DNA of 62,146 nucleotides, filler included, from Circinaria calcarea (Eukaryota): NCBI GenBank assembly GCA_051942165.1. It is 5 parts of 5 records of this genome, joined end to end, with 100 filler letters (N's around TTAATTAATTAA, not from the genome) between each part and the next. Parts side by side here need not be neighbours in the genome. Positions count along the whole stretch, not along the records: positions 12,457 to 24,809 come from JAVECS010000577.1; positions 24,910 to 37,260 come from JAVECS010000578.1; 3 more parts are not named here. One strand, 5' to 3'. Shown piece by piece: positions 14,646 to 25,506 of this stretch (position 1 is its first letter; each line of letters starts with the position of its first letter). The notes under the pieces were generated by a model. It saw only the letters and a program-made list of their open reading frames with translations, ran no database searches and was not told where the DNA came from. The position numbers and the translations under genes were made by a program.

Positions 14646-16406
14646 TAAATAGGATTTGTGGATTAGCTATACTAGCGCATTTTCGTCGCGAGATCCAAAC
14701 TACTTATGAGGTATGGCCTACCTAGACTTTGGTATATTCATCCATTCTTCTTCTCTAGCTAATTTTGAGTAGCTTGCCCAGACCACACATTCCTTGTCGC
14801 GGGAAAGCGTTATCTTACTCTTTCGCTTTGGCAGTATGCGGCCGCTATTTTGGAAGCTGCCCAATTCATGGGGGAAATCAAAAAGGGGAGAGAAACGGCG
14901 CAAGGAATTTTGCATAGGTTTAGTTGGCGAGGGAGGTCTCACAGCATTATGAATTCTTGACGTATGGTGGAGCTGGCCAGGAAGTTGGGGGGTGGTGAAA
15001 GTGTTTTTTCGCGACAGCATAGCGTAGCATAGCGAGCATCAGCATAAAAAGCGGGAATACAAGAGCTGCGCAATCGCCAATTAAACAAGCATTGTATTAG
15101 ATGTTGGTGGAGGACAGAGCTTCGCGAATCGCGTGTGTTTTATGGATTTATATGGTTTATGCTTAATACCTTTTATAATACTAAAACTATTTTCTCTGTA
15201 TATTCGTTTAGTTTAGTCACACACGTAGCAATATATACATGCCACCAATCATGCCGCTTAATAGATAAATAACGGGGGGTGCATGCCATGCCACATTGCC
15301 TCCGCTCCTTTTCTCTCAGCAACAGCAAACTTTTCGTTTATAATATTCGAGGCCAATTTTCTGCCCACTTAGGGCAGAACACAACAGAACAGCCTTTGTT
15401 TTTACTTTATACAAACCCCCTTTTTCATCCTTGTGTCTATTTCTTGGGCCTTTCTGACGCTATTGCAATAAGCGAGGGGGCCTATTTCTTTTTTCCCCCA
15501 GATCAAAACCCATAGACCATTCCCCTATTACTTTCCTTTTCCCCGGTGCCACTGAATCGGAACGGAAACGTATTATAGCTGGGTATTTTTTGGTATTAAA
15601 CTTATTTTCCTCTTACTCCCTGTGAAGAAATACAGGCACCGGCAGCAGTCAATAGCTATAGCAATGGCCCTATATTGGCGACAGGTTCGTTGTATTACTA
15701 TGGAAGTGTGCTATGCGTATGCTATATATAGCCGCTAAGGCTTCTGCCACTAGTCTTGATCCAGTTCCGCACCGGCTCCGCGCCGGCCCTATATATGCTC
15801 CGTACACGCCCTAACTTCCATATCTTGACACTCCCCGCACATTTTACGGCCTCGTTTGACTGTATTATGCTTGCTACTGCGCTTGTTAAAGAAAATACAG
15901 CTTTTGCTGAGGGTTTTTTTTCTCTTTTTCTTTCTTTCCCCTGGGGATAGGGATATTTGCCAGTCAGCCTGGAGGGCGCGAAGAGCGGTATCTGTTGGAA
16001 TATAATAGAAGGCACGGGTATGCGCGCAGAGGTTCTGCACATGCGCGCATTCAATGCGTTGCATTCCCGGAGGTTCAAAGAAGTCTTTATTTACATGTTT
16101 GTTATTCCGCATCAAGTGGGCAAGCTGCAGGGTCATGACTATCATAAATACTACTACAGATCCATAGTATTTCGATAGCTTCATACCATTCAATACCCCT
16201 TGCCAATGCTCAGGCACAACGTGATTATAGATATTTCATTAATATTTAGGCATATATATAAGCATATTATTAAAAAATCACTATCTGCCGATTTTCGTAA
16301 GAAATAGAGGCCCCCGGAGGGTTTTAATAAAGGTCGGCCCATATTTAGACTGGTAACGCGCGCCCGCGCGCAGAGCCCTGAAACGTATTAATTTTTATAA
16401 AGCTCG

Positions 16407-17340
16407 TAATATAGCTTCTAATATAGCACGTAGCGTAGCATATAGTAGACCACGTAGTATAGCACGCAGTATAGCACGGCAGTATAGCACGCAGTATAGC
16501 ACGCAGTATAGCACGCAGTATAGCACGCAGTATAGCACGCAGTATAGCACCTAATACAGCACCCAGTATAACACGCTGAATAATATAACAATAGCACGCT
16601 GCATAGCATAGAAAGAGCACGCGGTATAATATAGCAATAACACACAGCATAGCATAGTAATAGCATAGCATAGAATTACAGTAGAATATAAAGTATTTAT
16701 TATGCGTTAGGGTTAGGTGGGCCTAAGCGGCCCACCGAACCCTAACAGGCTGGGGGTATCCCGGGCTTAGGCTATATACAACGGGTATAAGTAATATACT
16801 CATGAAATATAGCATGAAACGGAGCATAGCATAGAGCATAATATAGAGCATAGTATAGAGCATAGTATAGAGCATAGTATAGAGCATAGTATAGAGCATA
16901 GTATAGAATATAGTATAGAGCATAGCATGGAGCATAGTATGGAAAGAGCATGCAGCATAGTGAAAGCACGCAGCATAGCATAAGAATAGCATGGAAATAG
17001 CACGCAGCATAACACGGAAAGAGCATGCAGTATAGTATAGCGAACGCACGCAGCGTAGCATAGCGCATAGCATGAAAACAGTATGGAAAGAGCACGCAGT
17101 ATAGCATGGCAATAGCACGCAGCATAGCATAAAAAGAGCATATAATATAGCATGGAAAGAGCACGCAGCATAGCATAGCGAAAGCACGCAGCATAGCATA
17201 GCGAAAGCACGCAGCGTAGCATAGTGCATAGCATGGAAACAGCATGCGGCATAGCACGGAAAGAGCATACAGCATAGCATGAAAAGAGCACGCAGCATAG
17301 CATGAAAAGAGCATATAGCAGAGCATATAACACGCTGCGT
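16407..17340. repeat. Degenerate AGCAT/AGCAC-based minisatellite arrays
   Basis: Near-perfect 12-mers AGTATAGCACGC (about 16456-16550) and AGCATAGTATAG (about 16846-16925), then degenerate GAAAGAGCACGCAGCATAGCAT-like units. Confidence 0.9.
16706..16746. other. GC-rich inverted repeat (hairpin) between the two satellite blocks
   Basis: GTTAGGGTT-A-GGTGGGCC / loop TAAGC / GGCCCACC-G-AACCCTAAC: 18-position stem with one mismatch. Confidence 0.9.
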
Positions 17341-17737
17341 ATAAGTTCTGAATATATGCGCAAAGGGCGTATAATCGAGCATTTTACGACCTTCCTATAA
17401 AGGTAAGAGCTAAGGCCCAAAATGGACAGAAAACTAGGCCGAAAAATATAAAAAAACTAAACCCTTTACAGCCACTTTAAATGTTCTGCTGAGACTCCGG
17501 TAGAATTTTACTCGGATCGGACCGGGTCGTGCCCAGATTTATAACCCTTCAAGTTCGTTCCTCGTTTCAGGGCATTATAGCTATAAATTCAGAACTAGGC
17601 ATGCTTCCAAGCTGCTTATATAAGAGTGATGTATTTATGTTCATAAGCGATGGTAAACCGCTTCTGAGTTTATCCCAGAATTTCTCCGAGTTCTGTATGT
17701 CATAATGGTCGTATCCCATCTCTTCATCAACTAACTA

Positions 17738-18242
17738 TTATCCGGAGCGAGAGTTGAAGAAACGCCTGATAATGTCCAACAGGCCCGATTTCCCATGCAT
17801 CATGGGATTGTCCATAGTAACCCAGTGGGTGTGAAAGCTTCCCTTGCTCAGATCGTTCAAGTCGAGATAAAGTGGGCCAGTAGGTTTCTGAGAACATGTC
17901 AGCGCAGTACTCTTGATGTTTCTTGGACCGGTATAAAGCATACCCAACCATTCGACAGGCCATCGTTACTGTAACTGGTCACCCACTGACCCCTAGTGCT
18001 AGTAGTGTCGAGAGTTGGTCCTTGAGCTGGACCCTCGTCTCCCAGTCTGTTCGGTCCATGATGGCCAGAAACCTTGCAAGCGTCTCTGTTAGTCGGTGTG
18101 AGGTGAAATGAAAGGAGGAGAATGCAATGCAGGACGCGCAACCGTTTACCTCAGCATTGCTTATCCTGTTCGACGGGGCAATCGCCATAGATGCTGCGAG
18201 GGCAGAGCAAGCTGTAACTGGGATGATGATAGTAAGTTTCAT
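17738..18242 (-). CDS. Small secreted protein (about 123 aa), candidate RiPP precursor
   Basis: Exons 18242-18150, 18072-17944, 17887-17738. Intron 1 is GTAAAC..CTAAC..AAG, intron 2 is GTATGC..CTGAC..CAG. Product MKLTIIIPVTACSALAASMAIAPSNRISNAE-VSGHHGPNRLGDEGPAQGPTLDTTSTRGQWVTSYSNDGLSNGW-KPTGPLYLDLNDLSKGSFHTHWVTMDNPMMHGKSGLLDIIRRFFNSRSG. Hydrophobic signal-peptide-like N-terminus. The intron 1 acceptor is the least certain element. Confidence 0.65.
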
Positions 18243-18421
18243 TTTCGTAGTTTGAGCCTTCACTAAATCGCTATGTCGCAGACTTGATTGTATAAGGGGG
18301 TATAAAGGAGGGCTCTCCTTTCCTAGACTTTTATTTCATACAATAATGCGAGGCCCTGTGACCCAGAGATAACAGTTGAGAAATAATCGGAAGACCTAGG
18401 GATCTCTTCATGCGGCAGGTA

Positions 18422-18784
18422 CATGCAAGATAAGGTAGACAAAAGGACAAGGCGATAACAAATAAACAAATTGTATGGACAGAGTACTACGTGATACGAA
18501 GGGATTAGAAATAAGGAAGGTGGGCCTAGGTTTCTGGTGTTCCCGTGCGGGCCTCTTGTTTTCTTATTCGTCTTCACTTATCACCATCGCACTCCCCTGC
18601 CATGCAAGATAAGGTAGATAAAAGGACAAGGCGATAACAGACAAACAAATTGTGTGGACAGAGTACTGCATGGTACGAAGGGATTAGAAACGAGGAAGGT
18701 GGGCCTAGGTTTTTAGTGTTCCTGTGCGGGCCTCTTGTTTTCTTATTCGTCTTCACTTATCACTCCCCCATCGCACTCCCCTGC
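18422..18784. repeat. Direct tandem duplication of an ~180-bp unit
   Basis: Unit 1 18422-18600, unit 2 18601-18784; both begin CATGCAAGATAAGGTAGA and end CATCGCACTCCCCTGC. Confidence 0.95.
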
Positions 18785-19312
18785 CAACTGCTTAAAGTAG
18801 GAAGGGTCTCCCTCCTACCAGCTGCTACCGATAAGAGTTCCGAGATACCCTTCTTACCTCGCTTTTATAGGAAAAGTCGCAACCGTTCGGCCTTCAAGCA
18901 CATATTGATTCTGTAGCCAGAAATCTCCTACCTTCGGGAAGTCCCTCTCGCCGAGCCCATTAGAGGGTTACGCATCGAGCAGCTTGAAGTCTAGATGTAA
19001 ATCGAGGTTTGTACAAAATCCGGAGAAAATACAGCAAGCAATACAGAGAGACGGCAAACACCAAACATATGTTTTAATCGAAGTCTCCAGAGTGTGCAAT
19101 AGACGAATGCCGTATGCGCGGAAAGGTGTCGCTCCCTGGGGTATGATTGGCTCCTCGCTGCATAGTTGGCTACGACGGAGTACAAGGATTCGCGTACTAG
19201 TTAAGACTTACCTGTAGGTCAACCAAAGTGCTTATCTTTCATCGAAACATCAGCAACAGTAGATATTATCACCCGTTATTCTCAGCACTCTTTGTCTGAG
19301 ATCGTGCTAGTC

Positions 19313-20362
19313 ATGGCTAACCATAACGAAACCCAATATCTACGTCTCAGAAACATCGGTTCGCTTACTCCTCCATCAGTAGGACATGTGGCAATTGACG
19401 ATGGTGATTCGGACGCGGGGAAAGTCCAAAAGAATGTGCGCTGTAGACCGAGTCCTTTACTCGCCGTACTGCTACTCTCGGTGGGGTTAAATTGTTTCGG
19501 TGCTTGGATGGTATCCTATAAGGGGACGCGGAAAGATCACCAACTTACATATTGTGAGTACTCAAAGGTTGTTGATGACAACAACATCAACGGCCAGTAA
19601 CCATAACTAACCTCCCAAAGCACCTGCAGCACAGTTTGTCGAGTACGAACGTGTGGTATTTTCTAGTGCCTTCGGTGTACAAAACTCTGCGTTCCAAGGA
19701 AAGCCATCCGATCCCAACAATAAGTTATGGAGTGACCTTTATGACTGTGGGCTTTCTCATTTAATTACTTGAGAACTAAGCAGTGCTGATGATCTGAAGT
19801 TGGAATCACGAGGATTAGCACAGAAGAAGCGAGACCAATGGACAACAAAACGCTTCCTATCCCAGATGATAAGGGTGGATATGTGGTCCAACTTGCAGTT
19901 TTCCATCAACTTCATTGCTTGGTGAGTCCGATCGAAGCAGGAGCAGGCCCACTACAGATCTTACAAGCTTGACAGAATCTTTTAAGGAAGGGTATCTATG
20001 GTGCCGTAGACATGTCGAATGTGGACAACGTGTTTGGTATTGAGCATTTAGATCATTGTGTTGACATACTCAGACAGAGTATTATGGTGGGTTTCGTCAT
20101 AATATCCGACAATATAAAATGATAATATTGATTCTAACCAATCATACAGTGTAGTTGCGATATCACCCCTCTTACCTTCGCACGTACGTCGCTCGACACG
20201 GATATAAAAGCTGTCGCTGAGGTAGTCCATACTTGTCGAAGCTTTGCAGCAATTCAACGATGGGCATGGCAGAGACAAATCGAGAGGGAATTCGATAAAA
20301 AAATAACTGTCATCGATGATCCATTAGGCTGGGGCAGATATATCTACTCGCCGGGTAATTAA
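19313..20362 (+). CDS. DUF3328 / UstYa-like oxidase #1 (5 exons)
   Basis: N-terminal TM segment (LLAVLLLSVGLNCFGAWMV). Introns at about 19554-19620, 19747-19799, 19922-19975, 20087-20148. Motifs 'VFHQLHCL', 'EHLDHCVDILRQSIMCSCDITP', 'HTCRSF..IQRWA'. Confidence 0.93.
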
Positions 20363-20530
20363 GCAGGCTGATTGAACTTCTAGAAGAAACGGAGCCTATG
20401 ATAAGAAGTAGCTAATTGTCCGCTATATCGGGTTTTCGTAAATAATGACATCTGAATTTTGGAACTCTGGACCTTTGCAAAGTGATTTCCTAATCAATAA
20501 CTTTTTCGCTGGGCCCTGACGACTCTATCT

Positions 20531-21416
20531 CTACTGGCTCAGCTTATCTTCAGCGTAGATTCCCAATTCCGAGTCGTGTTTTTGAACCCATTCTGTGATC
20601 GCGGACATATTTCGGCACATGTGTTGCGTCGAGACGCGTGCCATAGGCTGTTGTTCGCCAACATCGGTGTAGAAAATAAGGCCAAGGTCAGCATTGCACA
20701 TAAGCACCTGGCGGAGAAGGTCGATACAATGATCTAAATCGTTTTTTCAGTAAATTGACAAACCTCGTACTATTACTGAGACTCACCAATATGCTCCCAT
20801 AGTATCTCTGGGGGGTCCCGAAACGTGTCCACGTCTTGGTAGTAATCCCGCCAGATGTATTTTCTAGTGATATCGAGGCAATGCAGCTGATGATAGACTT
20901 CAATAGTTGCGTAAAAATGCCCATCCTTACCCTTCGTCGGCCTCGGCGTTTGATCGGTGGCGAGTAAGGTCTCACGATCTACCAGGATCATAGGCTCTAC
21001 GCCGTGGACCGGTTAGATCAAGCTGTTACGGAGCCCGCAAGATGGCATAGATAATTGGAAGACTCACGATCCACTACATTGCGCCACGCATCGTCAAGCT
21101 CTTTCCTCGGCAGCCCTTTAAAAACAGACGGCGCTCCGAGCTCTGCATCGAGCATATTAAGGTGGAAGTCTGCCGGAAGTTTTAAGTGGTTCTGGATTTG
21201 GCAGCGCTCTGAGACAGGACTCGTAGGCGAAAGGGTATCTTGATAGTGACCGAACGAATATTGACTACGTCGCCAAGGGTATTGTAAGAAAAACAAATTC
21301 CCGCCCGCATCAAGCCGTAGGAGAGCCCACAAATTCAACAAAATTGCAGAAGTAAAGAGCATGATGTGTAAAAAAATCCATGGCCAGATTCGGTTGGCTT
21401 GGTGCCTGCCAGCCAT
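20531..21416 (-). CDS. DUF3328 / UstYa-like oxidase #2
   Basis: N-terminal TM segment (WIFLHIMLFTSAILLNLWALL); 'FKGLPRKELDDAW'; 'IEVYHQLHCL'; intron-split 'HIDHCIDLLRQVLMCNAD'; 'HMCRNMSAITEWV'. Convergent with oxidase #1. Confidence 0.93.
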
Positions 21417-21730
21417 AGATTTGCAGACGAGGGAGTTTTCTATTATCAGCGAAGTTGATTAAGTTGTCGAGTGCAGAAGGAGTCCAGGTGATGTCGCATT
21501 AACTATAATGGATTCACGGCTTCCCCGCTCAGAGAATCATTGGGACGGCTGCGCCCACCGGAACGGATGATGGCGCCGGTGCCTTTAATCCGAAAAACAT
21601 GGTTGGCACAGTCTGCGGTCCTGTGGATTTAGCCGTCCAATTCAGAGCGCGCACTTTACTGATATATACCTGGACAATCCTGTCGTCAGCAGAGAACGGC
21701 TTCATTGCAGTGGTGGTTATAGCGGTAGCT

Positions 21731-23147
21731 ATGAACCATAATCATGCCAACTACCAAAATCGGCTTGATTTCATCCGGCACCAATTACCACTGCCCGAGC
21801 GGTTCGATCTAAAGGTAAGATAATCCAAGTTTGCAATTATTAAAGCTAATCGAGTCCTCGGGCCCAAAGAGCGCAGATATCACCCCGATCGAATATGACG
21901 CCAATTGTCCTTTCAAGTACAATAACTTTGTATATCGGCTTCTATTACCTTCACCTACTATATCTGAAGTAGAGGCCGGTGACACGCCCTGGCAGCAGCC
22001 CGGATGCGTCGCGATTCCTGACGGTGTTACTGAATTTATCGTGCGACTCGCCAATCCCGATTCCAGTGGCATGAATAAAAAGAATCGCGTGGAGAATGAA
22101 GTAGCCATCATCAATCTCGTTGCCGCTGCTCTCAGCCATTTTGACCCGAAAGTGGTGCCGCGTGTATATGGCTGGGGCAGCGCTGCTGCCGAATCTTCGC
22201 AAGGCTGGATTCTACAAGAGCTGATGCAAGGGGTTCCGGTCGATAATGCGCTTGACGGAATGGATCTCCAAGGGAAACGGGCAATATTTGCACAAATGAG
22301 CGAGATGTTGAGCGCATTGCAGAAATATCAACTTCCTCAGAGCATCACGGGCTTTGGAGGCGTCACATTTGACGCCGCAGGTTGCATTGTGAGCGCAGCT
22401 ATGACCAGCGTTGATGCAGGACCTTGGCCTTCGTATGAAGCCTCTTATAAAGGGCGGCTGAAGGTTGCGCTCGCAAAGGCTGACGCGAGTCCATTTATTC
22501 GAGGATGGCACGCCAACGGAGTCAGGGAGCGACTCGACGCATTTGTCGAAACCGGTCTTCCTGTTCAGTTTCAATCCTTAAGCTCAAAGCAAGCCAAGGT
22601 CGTCGTACACGCCGATTTTAGTGAGTTTATCCCCCATTACATCGCCCCCGAAAGAGATTATCAAACTCACGACTGTATAGCTTGTAACAACATGCTTTAC
22701 GATCCCGCCTTACAGCGCATTACGGCGCTCCTTGATTATGACTTTGCATGCATTTCACACCCCTCTTACGAATTCCTCCGCTCTTTCGACGGCCATGGCG
22801 GTCAGTTTCGAGGCTGGTCTGGTGACGAAGACATCGACCAACTAGTGCTGCGTGAAGCAAAGCTCCGTGGCTTCCCATCGCCACTACCACAATCATCAGA
22901 GAACGGCGTGAAGTGGGAAATGGTGAAAGCATGGGAGGACGAGCTAGAGAAATCACAAGTGCAGCGCCCGAGGACTATTCAGGGGATTGAGCAGGTTGCC
23001 GACGTCGATGCCATCCTCCGAGCTATCATGCCTTGGCGAGTCACTAATTCAGATATTCTGCAGATGCAGTCCGAAGAAGTTACGGTTAAATGTAGAAATA
23101 AAGGTGAGCAGCAGCTGATCAAGATGCTCGACCGCCTAGGATTTTAA
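21731..23147 (+). CDS. Aminoglycoside-phosphotransferase (APH)/choline-kinase-like protein
   Basis: Exon 1 21731-21814, then introns starting at 21815 and at 22621-22680. 'RVENEVA', 'VVPRVYGW', spliced catalytic loop 'HADFTCNNML', and 'LLDYDF'. Confidence 0.88.
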
Positions 23148-24809
23148 ACGAATCCCCGTATTATATACGAAGGAGATCTCGACTGGGGAAGATTTATCAT
23201 TCACAACACCTCTTTAAACTTTCCTTCGTAGAATTTCAATTCTTAATAATTTTCCTTAACAAACTATAAGAATCCTTTATGAATAATGTAATAATCTTAT
23301 AAATAAGGGTCGGTAAACTGTATGATAATGTGCTCAATGAGTTCGTATAATATATAAATTATTATTAAAGAATTCTCGTGTAACGCTTCGCGAGAAAACC
23401 TTCCTCACTAAGCCAAAACCTCGTGACCTCGGTATATAATTCATCCGTAGGGTTCGTAGGGGATTTTTGGTAGAGATTTTTATAGAATTTTTGGACGCAG
23501 ACCCACACCTTCCATTATATTCCAACATGTCGATATCATTTTCTCATTGTTTCTGGCGGATTAAGTTTCATGTTTTAAATTCTTTAGATTCTATCTGCGG
23601 TGACGTAATAATATATTAATTATTATAATAATATAGTATTGATTCTGTTAGGTGGGCTCTAGGAACGTTTACTCGATGTTTTTAGCTTTACGCATATTAC
23701 TTTTATTATCCCCACCTACTTCACCTCGGCGTGATCGGTAGCAACGATAATCCAAGATGGAGAGCACTGTGGGATGCTTCATACCACCCTGTGCACGGGT
23801 TACCTTATGCTCCGCACCAAACTGTTCCTGGGTAGCCTTCATGCTCGGTTGACCGAAAAGGTCCAACAGCATCGTCCTTGTGGCCTGTTTTCTTCACCCA
23901 GTCGTAGACTTGGAAGATAGGTTGGAACTCGACACTTGTTTAAACAACAGCATCGGATTTTGTAAATCGACCACTCGATCCAGCATCTCTATAGGATTTT
24001 ATGAAAGCTGCCTGCCAAGGATGATATTTTGTCCTGCAAGGCTTTGAACTGCCATCTTAATAAGGTATGTTTATGACCAAGCTGAAGTCGAGGGACCCGA
24101 AGACGCGTCGTGACAGAGCCGGAGGATTGTTTCGTCTCTCTTCCACCCACCCAAGCAGCTTCGCTTGATGGCGCCATGTTTAAGAGATATTAGAGATTGC
24201 GTATCATCACTTTCACGGCTCGAATGTATATAAGACACATGGGGTTGCAGCAAACGGAGAGGTGGAATGCGATGTGGCTGCTATACGAGTTGTGCGCTGG
24301 ATATTCTCTAAGCTATGGTATAGTCGGAGGTGGGTTGAATGAATGGATTACGGTTTGTAAAGTCGGAATTCCAGACTACTATCATCTTGAAAATCTTGTA
24401 GGATAAATACCGGAGGTCGATATTAGTTTTTGATGCCCTGTCGAGATGTATGACTGATTTGCTTGCGCTGCAACAAAGTGCCCCGAAATAACGTGCCCTA
24501 AAACAATAATAATGTGAAGGGTTTAAAGGATTGGGGTACACTGTCCGGCGAGATAGTATTATAAAGGGTTTAGTTTCCCGCTCCTTTTGGTCACGCTTTC
24601 AGAGTGTTTGATCCCTTGAGCTTTGCTCTGGCAGACCGGACCGTGCATGTATCGTAATTTATGCGGGGGAACTAGAACCCCCCCTCCTACCCCTTCAACC
24701 CCTCAACCTTTCCAACTACTTGGTTTAAAATAGGCTTTAGGAAGGATTAGATACTACGTAGAGGAATACCAGGCAGAAAGAGAAGGGAATAACTTTAAGC
24801 CATAATTAT

Positions 24810-24909
24810 NNNNNNNNNNNNNNNNNNNNNNNNNNNNNNNNNNNNNNNNNNNNTTAATTAATTAANNNNNNNNNNNNNNNNNNNNNNNNNNNNNNNNNNN
24901 NNNNNNNNN
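24810..24909. other. Artificial contig linker
   Basis: N44-TTAATTAATTAA-N44. Confidence 0.98.
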
Positions 24910-25413
24910 AGGGAGAAGGGGGAGGGGGGAAGGGGAAAGGTAGGAATGAGTCGAGGTGTAAAACAAACTAAGAATGAGTGAAGTTGGGGTAGGTGGTGGT
25001 TTCGGTATTGCGGGTTTTCGGCGTTGGCGTTGAGGGATTTCTCCCTTGAATAGCGAGTGGAAAAGGAAGGAGGAAGGAGGGAGGTAGCTGGGGTTTTCGG
25101 TTTCGATTCGGTTCGGTGGGATATGTATGTTATGGGATCTCCAGTTCTCGGGAGGTGCCCTTACATATCAAATTGGCTGAGAGGCCGAGTTGAGGGAGAG
25201 GACCTCTACCTATCTACCTCCTCTTCCTCTCCTCTTCCTCTCCTTTTCCTCTGATTTTCTCTTCCTCTCCTCTTCCTCCGACTTTCTCTTCCTCTTCCTT
25301 TTCTATTTTACCCCTTGTATCTTCTTTTCCCCTCACCTTATCCCTTATTCTCCTGGACTACGGATTTCCCCCCCCCCTATTTCGAGTTGTAATCACTTCC
25401 GTAGCTGTGACTA

Positions 25414-25506
25414 TTTTCTTTTTCTTTTTCTTTTTCTTTTTCTTTTTCTTTTTCTTTTTCTTTTTCTTTTTCTTTTTCTTTTTCTTTTTCTTTTTCTTTT
25501 TCTTTT
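25414..25506. repeat. (TTTTTC)n hexamer microsatellite in low-complexity DNA
   Basis: Directly visible perfect run; it produces the spurious poly-K and poly-FL ORFs. Confidence 0.95.

Noticed and set aside
16707..16745. Telomere remnant (TTAGGG/CCCTAA)
   Set aside because: Under two repeat units; better explained as the arms of a hairpin.
16407..17340. CRISPR-like array
   Set aside because: Head-to-tail degenerate repeats with no unique spacers, no cas genes, and a eukaryotic context.
16345..17420. Cys/Tyr-rich repeat ORFs (YTAC, ALYY, SILC) as the repetitive RiPP precursor or a metallothionein
   Set aside because: All three minus frames are open only because the satellite lacks stop-forming triplets; there is no signal peptide or KR spacing.
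18323..18756. Duplicated 'MKTNKKTRGPH..' peptides as tandem precursor genes
   Set aside because: GTG starts, no signal peptide, and mutations show only transition bias; they are translations of the non-coding tandem repeat.
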